From: Leptogorgia sarmentosa
Taxonomy: Eukaryota
DNA: 64,000 nt
Assembly (NCBI GenBank): GCA_964658305.1
Contig: OZ210885.1
Location: 7,130,001 to 7,194,000, forward strand
Direction of reading: 5' to 3'
Below the pieces are notes generated by a model, which did no database searches, had not been told where the DNA came from, and was given only the letters and a program-made list of their open reading frames with translations. Positions 24,060 through 38,034 of this stretch are shown piece by piece. The translations under genes were made by a program, and so were the position numbers. Positions within the stretch are counted from its first letter, which is position 1. Each line of letters starts with the position of its first letter.

Positions 24060-25457
24060 TTATTTAGCCTTCCAAACACAAGGCATTTTACACGTCTTTT
24101 TCAGAAGTTTGAATGCTTCTGCCCGCAATAATGGCCTAGTCCAGAAAAATATTACTGAATTTAAACTGGAATTCAAAAATGAAAATGTTCCAGTCCACAT
24201 CTTAAATAAAACGAAGTTTGATTTGTCGTCAAAATACGCCTGAAAAATTACAACACTGGCTGAAGCAAGCAAGCAAAAAAGAAAGCATGCCACAGCAAGA
24301 AAACAGGACTTCGCAAGCTTAATTTCGTGTAAAAATTTGCGTTCATTTTGGTTGTTTTGGGCGATATTGCCACCGACATTTCCTGGACGTTTTCGCGTTT
24401 TGATGGCAATGAAAATTTTAGTATACATAAATACAGCAAGGATGAGAAAGAGGAACAAATAAACTGAATAAAAGGCAACAAGGATTTCGGTTTTCAAAAC
24501 AGAGAGTGCGATAATCGCAAATATGAACATGTTTCCATAAACTATAAAATTACTGATATTCCTTTTTGTAACTTTCGTACGATGCTTGAATAAACGACGC
24601 TTAAATATCTATCAACCAGGGCCTATTCTAAGGAAATTTCAATACTGCACTCTTCGGACTAAATATGATCAATTACCGTGATGTTATCTTGTGACGTCAT
24701 GTTTTAAATGTCCAAGTTACATGAATTATAATTTATACAGCGAAATAGAACGCCAAACGCTTAGCACGAAGTACTATGACTTTCTGGAGACTGAATATTG
24801 GATTTAGTGGAAACTTGCCAGCTTTGGTATTTCGCCAAATTTTGTTGCATGTTGCATGTGGCTTTGACAATTTTTTTTGCAATGTCACTTTAGAAATCTG
24901 AACTTTCTAGTAACATTGTTCCCTCAGAACATATCAAATATAAAATTAAACTTTTAATCTCAAATTTCAATACTACACACTTTTGCATTCAATACTGCAC
25001 ACTTCTCATTCAATACTGCACAAAGTGTGCAATACTGCACACTAAAATAGGCCCTGCTATCAACTGTCATAGCAGTCAAGCAGATAATAGACATTGACGC
25101 CGGAAACGTTGCGATATTTATCAGGATCCGCTGCGTCAAGCAATCAGCTTTGCCCAAAACTTGTGTCATACAAACATAGCTCATCAGTGGTATGGTGATA
25201 AATCCTACTGCCAAGTCAGCAATTGATTGAACCATTATGAGAAAATAAGGGATCTTTTCTTTGAGCTGAGAACATGTCTTTATTGCGAAAACAGATATGC
25301 CATTTAGTAAAATCGTAGGTATGATTAAAAGCATAATGAAAGAGCAAGCACTGATCATCTTGTTGAAATATGCTTTGGACGGAATCTTAACCAATATTTG
25401 ATATGTCGACTGGACCAAAATGCAATGCTGAAAAACCTTTTCACTTGTGGCATTCAT
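24060..25457 (-). pseudogene. Intronless rhodopsin-class GPCR pseudogene
   Basis: TM1 LNG, TM2 SIADL, TM3 MTVDRY after removing the MITE, KLAKS, NSSLNSVIFFW. MITE inserted in the DRY motif plus a frameshift near 24590. Confidence 0.88.
24617..25056. mobile_element. hAT-like MITE
   Basis: TIR CAGGGCCTATT; 8-bp TSD CTATCAAC; subterminal CAATACTGCAC repeats. Confidence 0.88.
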
Positions 25458-27417
25458 TATTCTGTCTTATCTTTGCTGAATAGTTGACAATTGAATTCTG
25501 CAAGCTTTTACTGATTAGTTCATTTATATAGAGTTCACAGCCATCGGAATTACATCAAAAAGCTTTTAAGTCCAAATGAGTTTCCATTGTGTGGAGAAAG
25601 AAAAGCTTAATCGATATCAGTCAGCAATTAAATGAAAATGTTTCATCCTGGATTTAATGGGCCTTCCCTCTTTTAGGCGAATTCACAAATTAGGAAAAAT
25701 TCATCCCCACAGCTGGAAAAGAGTATCTTTAAATTTGTTTACTTTTGTATTCCGCACGGCAAAGTAATAATGAGAATTTTCGACGTTTAAAAGGGGAAAG
25801 GCAAATTGTTACATCCGTTAGCTATAACGAAAACGTTCAAATCAAAATCAAATCAAAATCAAATCAAAATCAAATCAAATCGCTTTATTTAACCACGGTA
25901 AAATCTACAGTATTTACACATGCATGATAAAAGAGCTTAAAAGAAAATTCTTTTTCCCTTCATTATTAAAGCAAGATAAATAGCTACTTTCAAATCATAG
26001 ATTAGCAATGGTTGTACAAGACGTATTCTGATGCCTTCCTACTTTTGAGTTTCTCAAAATAGCTGGCATATCATGAACATACAAAAACATGTACTAGCAC
26101 AAAATTATAGAAAACGCTATAATTTTTGGTTCAAATATTCCCGCGAACGGTTCCTACTCAAAAGTCATTACTCATGTTAAAATCCTGAAGTTGTGCTGTT
26201 GTTGTTCGACTAAAGCCTTGTTTGCATTCAGGAAAGAATAGCTATAGTACGGCGGTAAACTTACTACTCATGAATACTTAACTGTAAACTTACTACTCTA
26301 TATGGGTGAGCTAATGACCAGAAATTGCTAACTAAGGCCAACACAATTTACAGGCGGTTCGGATCGAAAATACTTTTTTGAGGGCATTTGTGAATGGTTA
26401 ACATTTCTAAATACTTTTCGTAAAAGAATAAACGACGAACATGGTTATTTTTTATTTATAGTAAGAGCGGGAATGGCTGTGTTGCAAAACTACATCTGGT
26501 GTATATACTGACTGGAAGGGAGAGTATTACAGCTAATGAGTATTAATCGTGCATGTTGAAAACTGCCTTGTTTTTTTGTAGTACTAGACAAACTTTGATA
26601 GCTTCAGTTGAGTAAAACAGAATAATACTCAAACATTTTCACTGAAAAACAACATTAATGTTACTATATGACCTGGAACTGGTGCCGGAGGTCTTCAGAG
26701 TTGTGAAAATCATTTAAAAGCAGCTGTTTATAGACAATCATATATTTTATATTAATGGATATGCAAGCATGGATATTGCTGATGAACTGAAATGAATTCA
26801 TATCTCTTTATTTAACTTTTGCAATTAATTGAGCATTAGCTTTTGCCAACTGCCTGGTTCTCACATTTTCAACGAATTTCTTTGTAATTTTATTTTGATT
26901 TTGTTGCGTTTTCCCACGCGTATACAGTTGAAACACAATAATCTTCTGATCATTTCCAATCCATGCACAAATTATAATGGAAGACAAATGAGCGGCAGTT
27001 TTTGATCTTTGCGCTTTGAAACTCGATTGATTGGTTATGACGCCTTCGGTCATAGAACAATTTGCCTTTTTTTATGTTTCATCATTTATCATACATGGGA
27101 CGGTTAGTTCGGTGCCCTTGAAGCACGATGATATTAACCAGACCTTACTACTATTAAATATTTAAACATATTAATTTATTACTGGTTGCCTTTCAGTCTC
27201 CTATTTTTCAAATTTTTCAATGAAATACATCAAATTATCCAAATTCAAAGAATATACCTGGGCATCATTTTAGTCTTTTCTTGTTCATTTATCGAAAACA
27301 ACATTGTTGATTTTCCATGCAACAAATACAAAATTCGGTTGGCCACTCTAATTAAACGAACGACGCCATTATGAAAACAATTTTTTGGCGGGAAACGATC
27401 ACGTGATCGATATCTTC

Positions 27418-27621
27418 CAGGGGCGGCGGAAATCAGGATATGCAATTGTGCATAGTGCATACTGTAGATCATCCGATCATCGCATGACTCAGTGTCTCGC
27501 ATTCTGGCATTCTCTATATTTTTTGGGGGGCTAAAGCCCCCACTTTTACTTCTGGGCGTGGGGGGGGGGGCTAAAGCCCACCTAACCCCCACCCCCCCAC
27601 GCCCCTGTTCCGCCGCCACTG
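27418..27621. mobile_element. hAT-like MITE
   Basis: TIR CAGgGGCGGCGGAA; 8-bp TSD ATATCTTC. Confidence 0.8.
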
Positions 27622-27686
27622 ATATCTTCACTAGTGAAGATATGCAATTATGGAAAGGATCTCGCATTCTCGCTGTATATTTTTCA

Positions 27687-28873
27687 ATATTATACCTCAA
27701 ATTCAAATTGTCCAATGAAAAAACAGCATTTGTACCACGTGATAATGTGATTTTTTACGGTATTTCACTGAAATTCATGATTTCGCAATCCAGCGTGGGA
27801 TACTATAATATCGCACGGCAGATCCACCGTGGGATATTATAGTATCCCACGCTCACGCGTGACGCGTGGGCAACACGCGTTTAGCATATTTATGCAAAAT
27901 GGCGGGCGAGCAAGACTCGACTTGCGGCTAAATAGCGTTTTGGCACCAGCGACGCCATCTTGGATTTTAACGTGAGGGAGACTGGGAACGACGATATTGC
28001 TCGTGGGTTCTCGCGGGTGAGGTAAAATCGTGGTAAAAACGTGGGTATAATTCACTAATGTTGGTAAAATCACAGTTAATGAAAGGAGACCATTAACTGT
28101 GGTAAAATTGTGGGATAATTTAATTTATGAAGTGTTAGCTCGTTGCAGCTATAGAAATAGGAATAAATAGATGGTAATACACAGCCCTATGAAGAATAAG
28201 ACTCAATACATTTAGTAGATTAACCGAAATTATGTAGGCTACCGTCAAGCTCGCGCCTGTTAAACAGGCTCTGATCTGCGCGCGAAATTTTGAGACATGT
28301 CCACATTGATAGATTTCGTCAAGCTTGCTGGAAATCTCTCAAAATTTTGCCGAATACGGGAGGGACTTTGCTTATGCGAATGCCCACCGGTGACTGGCAG
28401 CTTAGCTGATAGCTCTGATTGCTAGGTTTTTCACAAATGAATATTCCCGCGCGCAACAACCTTTATCGTTTGTCTTCGAGCTTTGAGCCTTCGATCTGAA
28501 AATATGTGAAGCTGATTAGGTTGAGACAAAAGAGAAAAGTCGCTAGTGAGTAAACTTTTGCTTCGAGATGATTGTGCGTATCCCAAAGAAATAAACAAGA
28601 AAATATTTGCATAATTATATAGCCTGCATCAGTAATATTTTTACATTTTGCGTCGGCGTTGTATATCGTCCCAGTCTCCCTCACGTTAAAATCCAAGATG
28701 ATGCAAAATATATCGTTCGGTATAATATATCATTTATAGACCCTCCGCTCGGGGGATTCGGCGATATTTCCCTCAGTGATGATATTTTCCTCGGGGCAGA
28801 GCCCCTCGGAAAATATCATCACTTCGGGAAATATTACGCCGAATCCCCCTCGCTCCGGGTCTATAAATGATAA
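27687..28873. mobile_element. Non-autonomous element ending in a 145-bp hairpin (Crypton-like)
   Basis: Absent from the paralogous site at about 19436. No clear TSD or TIR. Terminal hairpin 28728-28872 resembles 37505-37627. Internally deleted copy at 32741-32838. Confidence 0.7.
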
Positions 28874-29325
28874 GTATCTCACTGTCTACTATATAATAAT
28901 TAAACCCATATTTGTGTTTTAATCGTTTTGTTTGGAAGTTTATTCCATATGATACTGTTTTAGTTTTTGGAAATTATTGCTGTCGCAGAACCTCTGCACT
29001 ACGTTTGGTAATTTGACGAAGACTGCAGACTTTACCACTGATAATGTGTGTGGTCTGGTAGAAATTGGCAAAAAACGGTAATTGCCGTGTTCAGGACTCA
29101 AAGTACACACCATAAATTATGTCATATAATACAGTGTGAAACTGAAACTGATACCCAATTCCCTAAGGAATATTTCAGCTGAAAATCTGAAATATATTGA
29201 GGAACAAAATTCTTCTGAATCTTATCTAAATTCTCACATTCCATAGAAATAAATCATATTTCCCCACTTTAGTACAACGCCATCGAGCGGTTTAGATACA
29301 ATAAAAAGAAAATGTTGTACGTGGT

Positions 29326-29398
29326 GGCCTCGTGGCCTAATGGATAAGGCGTCTGACTTCGGATCAGAAGATTGCAGGTTCGAATCCTGCCGGGGTCG
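29326..29398 (+). tRNA. tRNA-Arg(TCG)
   Basis: Canonical cloverleaf, one difference from the 21348 copy; oligo-T terminator. Confidence 0.92.
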
Positions 29399-29950
29399 AA
29401 TAACTTTTTCGACACCACTTTTGAGTTTTTTTCTTTGAAATCTACAAATCCTTCTCATCGTTACCAACGACCATTTAATTAGCAAACATAATGATGAATA
29501 ATTTTTTTAGGAAGTAATATTTTCATTCTAAATCCATTCAAAAGCTTGCCTCGCTTCTTGCCCGCCTTTAGGGTGTTCTTAGCCTACCAGCAGGCTCGAG
29601 TATCAGTATCATAGAGAGATTTCCTTGGAAACAGGAATTATGTAACTTGAGTAACTTGACGTAAACAAATTGTATAGAAAAACACTTTTTGGGTAGAAAT
29701 AGACGTATATTTTGATAGAAATGTAAAAATTGGATATCTTTTACGGAATCCATAACTAAAATTACTAAATTGAACAATTGCAATGGGATTTGTTACCGTC
29801 AGGAATTTTACTTCCGTTCGGGAAATTTCACCCGGCATGCATGGAATTCGGTAAATAAAAGTTACTTTGGCGAAAATTTTGAAAAAAAATCAACCACATT
29901 TCAAATCTTGAACTTCGAAGATATTTTTGTTGTTCGTCGAATTTTCTGAA

Positions 29951-31288
29951 ATGGATCCTTCGGAGCTGTGGAAAAAGTCTCATAAATCGAATTTAACTTG
30001 GTGTATATTAAAACGGCAACAGCGTCGTCTTTCACAAGACGAAAAGCGTACAATTTTACGTTATGCTGTGTGCCAAACCTCACATACTCGTCGGGCTGTT
30101 TCGTGCAAGCTTTCTGGGTCACCAACCAGCACTTATTTCCTTACTTTTAGCCCCGATGGAGAGACAATTGCCTCAAGTCACGGGGATCATTCGGTGCGAA
30201 TAAGCAACGTTAAATCTGGTCGCTGTTTGCACGTTTTAAAAGGCCACCCTAGATCAGTTTGGTGTATAGCATTTCACCATTCAGTACCAAATCTGCTAGC
30301 ATCCGGATGCCTTGAGGGTAAAGTAAACATATGGGATTTAAAACTCGATGACCAACCGATTGCTTCACTTAACTGCAATGGTGTGACGTCACTTACATTT
30401 CACCCAACGGACATGGTTCTCCTAGTCGCTACGGGCAACCAGTTGTTACTTTGGTCTTGGCATGACCAGGAACCACTGGTAGTGGCAGAATCTTCTGCTC
30501 TTGAAAAAATTCGGATGGTAAAATTTGACTCGCTCGGACACCACATACTAACTGGTATTCGTGATACAGAACTATTGCACAAAGCAGACCCTACCGGCAC
30601 GGAAAATACACCCATCAACGAAACGTCTGTTGTCCGTATCAATTTACAAAACATGGAAACTACTGTAGGCCGTGTTACTGGAAGTGTTCTTGAGCGTCCT
30701 CGTGGAGTTACAGTGTCAATCCACGATCACACACATTTGTTTCGCCTGCAATGGTGGGACTTTACACAATTGAACTTTCCTGATTTACTGCAAAGAAACT
30801 TAAATGTTGTCGTACGCAACTGCAGATTGCACAACAATCTGAGTGCAGATATATCTGAGGATGGCTGTCTTTTAAGTGCTTTGGTTGCAAAAGTTGAGAA
30901 CAATGTGGAGTTATTTAGACAGGTTTGTGTATTTTCATTGGAACAGTCTAACTTTGGTCAGTGTCTATTTTCAACAAATCTTGGGTGTAACACTATATCC
31001 ACATGTTTCTCACCACTTGGTACTCACATCATCGTTGGTGTAGCATGCGAAAATAGATTGATCCATTTATTGCAAGCGCACCGAGAAGACAGAACTGTGG
31101 CATATATTTTTAAACTAACCGGGCGAGCTGATCATTCATGTGAAGTGACTACATTGAAGTTACAAGCATCTGATGAAAGACAGTTCTCACATTTGAAAGC
31201 GAACAGTGTGGTATGGCATCCAGTAATTGCATATGGATTGATTGCATTTGGTACAAACAATGGAGGTGTGTACTTTCTCCATGTTTGA
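29951..31288 (+). CDS. AMBRA1: Compact intronless AMBRA1-like WD40 protein
   Basis: STYFLTFSPDG..SSHGDHSV..GHPRSVWCIAFH and FRLQWWDFT..NVVVRNCRLHNNLSADISEDG match the two halves of the AMBRA1 split WD40 domain as recalled. First ATG at 29951. May be a paralog rather than the ortholog. Confidence 0.8.
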   Translation: MDPSELWKKSHKSNLTWCILKRQQRRLSQDEKRTILRYAVCQTSHTRRAVSCKLSGSPTSTYFLTFSPDGETIASSHGDHSVRISNVKSGRCLHVLKGHPRSVWCIAFHHSVPNLLASGCLEGKVNIWDLKLDDQPIASLNCNGVTSLTFHPTDMVLLVATGNQLLLWSWHDQEPLVVAESSALEKIRMVKFDSLGHHILTGIRDTELLHKADPTGTENTPINETSVVRINLQNMETTVGRVTGSVLERPRGVTVSIHDHTHLFRLQWWDFTQLNFPDLLQRNLNVVVRNCRLHNNLSADISEDGCLLSALVAKVENNVELFRQVCVFSLEQSNFGQCLFSTNLGCNTISTCFSPLGTHIIVGVACENRLIHLLQAHREDRTVAYIFKLTGRADHSCEVTTLKLQASDERQFSHLKANSVVWHPVIAYGLIAFGTNNGGVYFLHV

Positions 31289-34200
31289 AAAGCATCAGGT
31301 ACTGTACATGTTGCCAAGTGATTAGAAATTCTAGCTTACTGTAGTTTCAATGGAACTGTTCATAAAAGTGGTCATTCTAGAAAAGATCTATAAAACCCCC
31401 CCCCATAAAAATTACAAATCCCCCCTTCCCCTCTGTGGACATTCCACAGAGGTTTAACCTCCCCCACCCTGGACATCTGGGGCCAGTTGTTCAAATGCCA
31501 CTTAGTTTATCGCTAATTTTTGGCAAGTTTCATATAGTTCAAATTATAACATATCCATGGTACATCAACACAATCATTTGAGATAAGTCCATTATTATAG
31601 ACTTCACATCCATAATACAACCAATTATGCCAATTAAAGGACATTGGCAACAAAAATTTTTATTCCTTATATCGATAGACTAATCTATCGATTTTCCAAA
31701 GTAGAAGGGGGGCTCAGCCCCCTCAGATATTCCAGTAGGGGGGTTCCGCTCCCAAGCACACCCGCACTTCTACATCACTGCACCCCCCCCCCCGATGTTA
31801 ATTTGAAGGTGTGCTGAAGTATACTCAATCGGATCGTAATATTAAAATATATTTAAAAGCTTTAGGATTACAAGTTTATAGGTAATCTCTATTGTGGTAA
31901 ATAGCATTATGTAAGTGTAACCATGCAAAAACAAGCACGCTTCCTCCACATTTGCAGTTGAAAACCACTTGCAGCTTTATATCTTCTGATGAGCCCAACT
32001 CCGAGGTTGAATCAGTATCGACAATATCAGCCATGAATACAATACTTTTTAGATTGCCATGGTTAGCGGTTAAAGAGATAAAAAAATTGAGCTCGCATTA
32101 CATATGTACTAGAAATACATACTAACATACAACATGCAACAACCCCTCGCTCTCCCTCTAATGTACCAAGACTACATTCAACTCAATGCATCTATATTCT
32201 AACAACATGAAGTACTCTGTCATTGTCGTCATAACAACACTACAGATGCAGAACAAGACGCAGTTTGACTGTTTAATCACAGAGTATATATCATACAGAG
32301 ATATATAACTGGTGTAAATCAATATGAAAAAACTCGCATTTTCACGTACCCACTTTTTTTTCAATGCGATCGGCAAAAAATGATCAACTGCGCATGCTTG
32401 GCAAGTTTAAATTTAGTCGTCATCAGGTCGTCATCCAATCAGATGCACGCATCTAGTAACTTGCCGAGCATGCGCACAAAAAAAGTGGGTACAACAGTTA
32501 CATCTCTGTATGATATATACTCTCTGGTTTGATATACTGTAAATTTTCGACTTTATTTCAAAGTCATCTTGAGACAGAATGAAATACAATACTTTACACA
32601 ACACATGTTTATACAACGCAGAGAGAGACCATCTGTCATGTGGGCGGAAAGAAGGATTATCCAAGCGAAGCGAAACATGATCAAGAAAATAGTAACTGAA
32701 AATGGAATATTTAGCTATATATATATAATTAATATATATATATTATACCTCAAATTCAAATTGTCCAATGAAAAAACAGCATTTCACTTCGGGAAATATT
32801 ACGCCGAATCCCCCTCGCTCCGGGTCTATAAATGATAAATATATATATGTGTGTTGTATAAAGTATTGTATTTCATTCTGTCTGAAGATGACTTTGAAAT
32901 AAAGTCGAAAATTTACAGTATCAAACTGCGTCTTGTTTTGAATCATATATTGAATTCTCAAGATATCCTGTATTTTCGGAATTTGTTTTTTACTTTATTG
33001 ATTCAAGTTCATTTGATTTGCTTTCGTTGTCTTGCATTAGGTTCTGAGTCAAGTCTTCAGGCTTTTCAATTCGAGTAGATTGAGCAGATATTTTCGTTTG
33101 TTCGGAAAGCGCGCAGCCGTGTCGTTTCTGGGCAGTGGGGTGACGTGGAATTCGAAAAGAAACCCGAGCGCCGTCATGGACTTACCTGTAAAGTGTGTAA
33201 AGTGAAAAAGGACGGTTAATTTGAACAAAGATCGAAAGCTGTTCTGCTGTCCTCTGGATCGGATAAGGAAAATTCGTGCAGATACTTTGAATGGTTATCC
33301 GAAGAACCTTACAATGACGCCAATCTCCTCAGAGCCATCGAAACCAAGTCAGCAAGCAAGCCAGCAAACAAGGAATACTGTCTGGAAAACAGTTTTATCA
33401 ATGACTTTGCTAATAGTTTGAACATTTAAGATTTTATTAAATACTTTTGTATAAAAAACGTTAATAAACTGTTCCTTGTTTCAACATGTGTCATTTGCTT
33501 TTCACCATGAACATACAAGGCAATGCATCTCATGCATATTCTACGCGGTAAAGTTATAGCACAAATGATCGAAAACAAATTCAATCAGTGTAGAGTATAG
33601 AGAGTATAATCAAGACTGTTTAATAAACCCGATCTTCTTTTAGTCGAATCATTATTTCAAGAAACTATTAACAATCCAACTAAACAATCCAACACTAATG
33701 CATGTTCTAAATGAAATGGAAACCCTCACTCACTGATTCTTTGGAATCATTCCGCGAGTGTTATTTCACAACTCAACCGGCGCGGTCTTCAGATACTCCA
33801 TTAAAGGAACAGACGAAAAGTTCAAAAGCAGCGAACAAGATGAACAAAAGGCCTAAGATCTCATAAACAAATTACAACAACTCTATAATAATTTGTACAA
33901 AATTCTTAAAAAAATTGTACACGCCATAACTCTCACGTCATATTCTACATTAGGTAATCTGCATACTAATTAGCGCTATAAGCATTCTGCATGACTGTTG
34001 ACACAGTCAGCCAATCAAAATAAACATGGTTATGACGTAATCACTCTCGTGGGTGTACCTACACCGCGTACGTACAGGGTGTACGTACACCATGTACATA
34101 CATTATGTACATACAAAGTGTACCTACACCCTCTACGTGGAGAGAGAAATGCAGGTATTGCAGGGCTGAGTTTCCCGATAAACGACTGTGTTGCCTATGT

Positions 34201-34524
34201 CTAAAACGAAAATGACGAATTAAAGCAAGAAAGGTGTTGCGGGGCAAAGATCCACGAAAAATGCGTAGAAACCTTAAAGCAAACATTGGAGCTATTAGCA
34301 TTTAACTTCTCGCTCGAATAGGGTGCCTTTGGCGTGGTGTTTAAATATTTTAAAATATTTGTACAATGTTAATAGATTATTCTCAAATATCCATATTTAC
34401 TGCATGCATTTTTCGATGTTTTTTACCCATTCATTATGAAAACCAAGCTAATAAATTCGCGTACCTAATCCAATATACCCAGGTCCCGCATACTTTATTA
34501 CTTGCCGTGCCGTTTGAGTACACT

Positions 34525-34996
34525 AGAGAGTTTGGCAACGCGACGGGAGGTAGCGACGGCGACGGATAAGATCGAGCTGGGACTAGGGAGAGAATGCGTT
34601 TCGAGAAACGTCGCCGTCGCGCCGGAAATCTGTTTGGCGGCAAAATTTAAAACCTAACAAAATCAAAATGGATGACGTTCTTGACGGATTGACTTGAGAT
34701 TTACTGCAAAACAATTCAAACATGGAATTCAATACAGAAAATTAGTTTATTGAGATGCTTTTTGCATGAAAAACCTCACCTTTGCTTGTTTGGATCAGCC
34801 ATACAGGATAAAAACGCAGAAACAACCAGACGTTGTCAAGACACCGTCAAATTGTACAAAATGGCGTCGTCCGGAGAACGCCAACGTCCTGACGCCGTAT
34901 GTTTGTAAATTATTTATGATAATTATTTTATATTATGCGATAATAAGGTCTTATCGCGTCGCCGTCGCCACCTCCCGTCACGTTGCCAAACTCTCT
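34525..34996. mobile_element. MITE with TIRs of about 40 bp
   Basis: TIR AGAGAGTTTGGCAACG..; 3-bp direct repeat ACT. Confidence 0.75.
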
Positions 34997-36599
34997 ACTA
35001 CATTACTTCCAGTTGCATTTGGACACATTGCATACCAATTACTTCCGGTTTTATAGACGCACTGGATACTAATTACTTCCGCCGCTAACGTTTTGCATGC
35101 TAATTACTTTTTCGGCCATATGTGCCGAGTAACCTACTATTATTCAATATAAGTTCAGTAGCTAGTTCCATGGTTTGTGTATACTTATACATCGAGAGGG
35201 GATAACTGCGTGTGGTATATGTCTAAAGAATAAAGTGACGGAAAACGCAACAAAAGACGTCACTGCATGATGTATGGTATGTTATTATTCATTGATCACA
35301 TTTATAGTCAGAGCGATATTGTTATTCCAAAGTAAATTATATATTTAAATTATCACAAAAACTTGTCAGCTTCAGACGGTTTGATACCAGTATAATGTTT
35401 ATTTGTCCTCCTCATTTGAGGTTTTGAAGTCCTAGTATTGTCGCCAGAATTATTTGCTGTAGCTATTGCAATAAATCGTGATTTAGATTGACGAAGTTGA
35501 AGCGAGTGTCTAAAAAGGTAATGGTTCAAACTATTATTATGTCAGTTTGGTTTTGGTATTGTATGCCCCCTTCCAGCCCCTGTGCTTCCTACGCCAATAA
35601 CAAATATTACTATTTTTGTTACTTTTACGACGTAAAACATGCTGAAATGAATTGGCTGACTATCTGATATGTTGTACGAAGTATTGCTTGAATTTTTCCT
35701 AGACTTCAACGTTCAGTTCGCCTACATGCAAGATTCATACTAAAATGAAATGCACCTTTTCCTTCACGTTGAAAAAAGTCCATCTTTTGGTCCATATATG
35801 CCGATTTGCAGCATGTACACGTCTTCGTCGGCGCAAATTTCGAATATACGGACAGTCGAGCACCTCATAATACGAACAATTATTCACACGCTAGTTGTGA
35901 CGCTAACCTTGAACATAAATAAAATTTTGAAAGAAAATTTTAAGTACACGTATATTTCAAAATAGATCGTTCAAAACTCTTCTATAACAGCCGCCATCTT
36001 TGAAAACAAAAAAACGTTTCTAAAAATGCTCATGCGCAAGCGTATTATCAAAACGTTGTAAGCTTGCTCTATTTGTTTGGCCCACACACGGGGGATATCG
36101 CAGTGATTTTGTTTCAGTTGATGATTGTATTTTGAACTACATCAAAACCATTGAAAAGGTTCAGTGGTTTGAATTAAAGAAAACCAAGCGATTTGAAAGG
36201 TAATTGTTTACACAGGTTATTATGTCAATTCGTTTTTGCACTTTATTTATTTGTGATTACATTTCGTTTTGTTTTTGAGTTTTTAAAAGTATGATGCATG
36301 TAAATTTCAATGACAATCCAGGTAGCAATTTCAGATGACAAGGATTCTTAGCAATATACGTAGCAAATAAGCAGGCTTTGCAAGACTATATTCCAGCAAT
36401 AATTCATAAATTTCATAATTATATTCTCATAAGATTATGGTAAATGCGACGGTTTCAACCTCAAACAAAACTCCCTAATCCGCACTTAACTGCACACAAA
36501 GATTCAACATACAGTACACAGACTTCGCGTCTGCATGTTCCTATACCCTTTGCTGTATGGCGGCGATATGGCTATCTTTTTCTGGCATGCAAAAGTAGT

Positions 36600-37090
36600 T
36601 GAACAATGTTAGACTACATTGTTGTCTTCGGCTTTGTACACGATTTTCATTCATTTTGAAAATTTTGTATGTAAGAAATCTTTCCTGTCCAGTGCACACA
36701 TTTTTGAAGTACCTTGACAAACGGAATGATGATATAACAGCACTATGGCAACGACCTCTTGGATCGTTTTTTCCTGACAGTAAAACGTGGTACTGTAAGC
36801 CCCGCTTCAAAAAACACCCTTGGAAAAATGATGAGTGAAATATCTCGTCAAGGACAATTATCACAACGTTACACTAACCATTCTGTTCGCTCAACAGCGA
36901 TAACTATGGTAGATGAAGCTGGTAAGATATCTTATTTTTCACGCATATGTACTCTAAAGTGAACACAGCACCATTTTTTGCTCAATATGTTAATTAACCT
37001 TATTATATGATTAATAATAGGTCATGAAGCAAGGACATTACGGCTATTTCAGACCATAAGAATGAAGCATTAGGTCTTACTCATCCAATA
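36600..37090 (+). pseudogene. Crypton-type tyrosine recombinase relic
   Basis: CPVHTFLKYLDKR..LWQRP..WY, KNTLGKMMSEIS..YTNHSVRSTAITM (HxxR), intron 36922-37020, then GHEARTLRLFQ/ITAISDHKNE across a frameshift. Followed by a terminal hairpin at 37505-37627. Confidence 0.8.
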
Positions 37091-38034
37091 TCTCTGACTG
37101 ACAGAAGTCGTGAAATGTCAAATGCGCTAACGATAGTGACAGCAGACCAACACTCAATCCAGGAAGCTGAAGGATCACCGGAAAGAATTCTGCCCCTGGA
37201 CGATATTGATCTCAATTCAACCCCACTTCTTAGCAGCGTCATGAATACCGTCGTTTAACCAGTGTTTAAGCCAGACAAAAGACATATTCATATATTCATC
37301 GATGGTTGTACTATTAACATTAATTATCATTCCTAGAGTGAATGTTTTCTTAAGATTCATTGTATTTTTCGGTTGAACTTAAAATTGTTGAGTGTATCAC
37401 CATTGTTCTTTGTAATAATTTCAAAAGTATTCATTAAATCCAATGACTTCACGAGCGCGTGCTGATGTATTCTTGGCTCGGGCATTTCTATCTTCGGTAT
37501 AATATATCATTTACATACCCTCCGCTCGGGTGATTCGACGAAATATTACCCGAAGATCATAGTATTTCCCTCGGACGGCGAGCTAATATTTCGTCGAATC
37601 ACCCTCGCTCCGGGTATATAAATGATAAATATCAGGCATTTCATTGTAAGAAATCAAAAAAGAAATTGAACATTTCAAACATTGACACATCTCTATTGAA
37701 TTTTGGCTAAGCAAGGTTGACAGACATAGTATGAAACATTTAGGAACTCGTACATTTTCTAGTTTTAATGGTGGACGGTTGAGTGATGTAGTTATATTTC
37801 AGTGTGCAGTGTTCATTTTAAGACGTAGAATTGCCAATCTAAAACTTCTCAGTCACTTTCAGATGTTTGTTTTGGACAAATTTGACAACGTTCGATTCGA
37901 AATGTGAAAAAAATGTGACTTTGAAATTTTATGTAGCTAATCTAATCAGTGCTATAGTAATTTACAGATTAGTGTTTTGGTCCCACAAATGCTCTGTAGA
38001 TTTCTACTTCATCATTATGTCCCTAACTGCCTTT

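Noticed and set aside
29790..29950. Third copy of the shared 5' flank upstream of the AMBRA1-like gene
   Set aside because: Only scattered GGAAATTT-like words; no convincing colinear alignment by eye.
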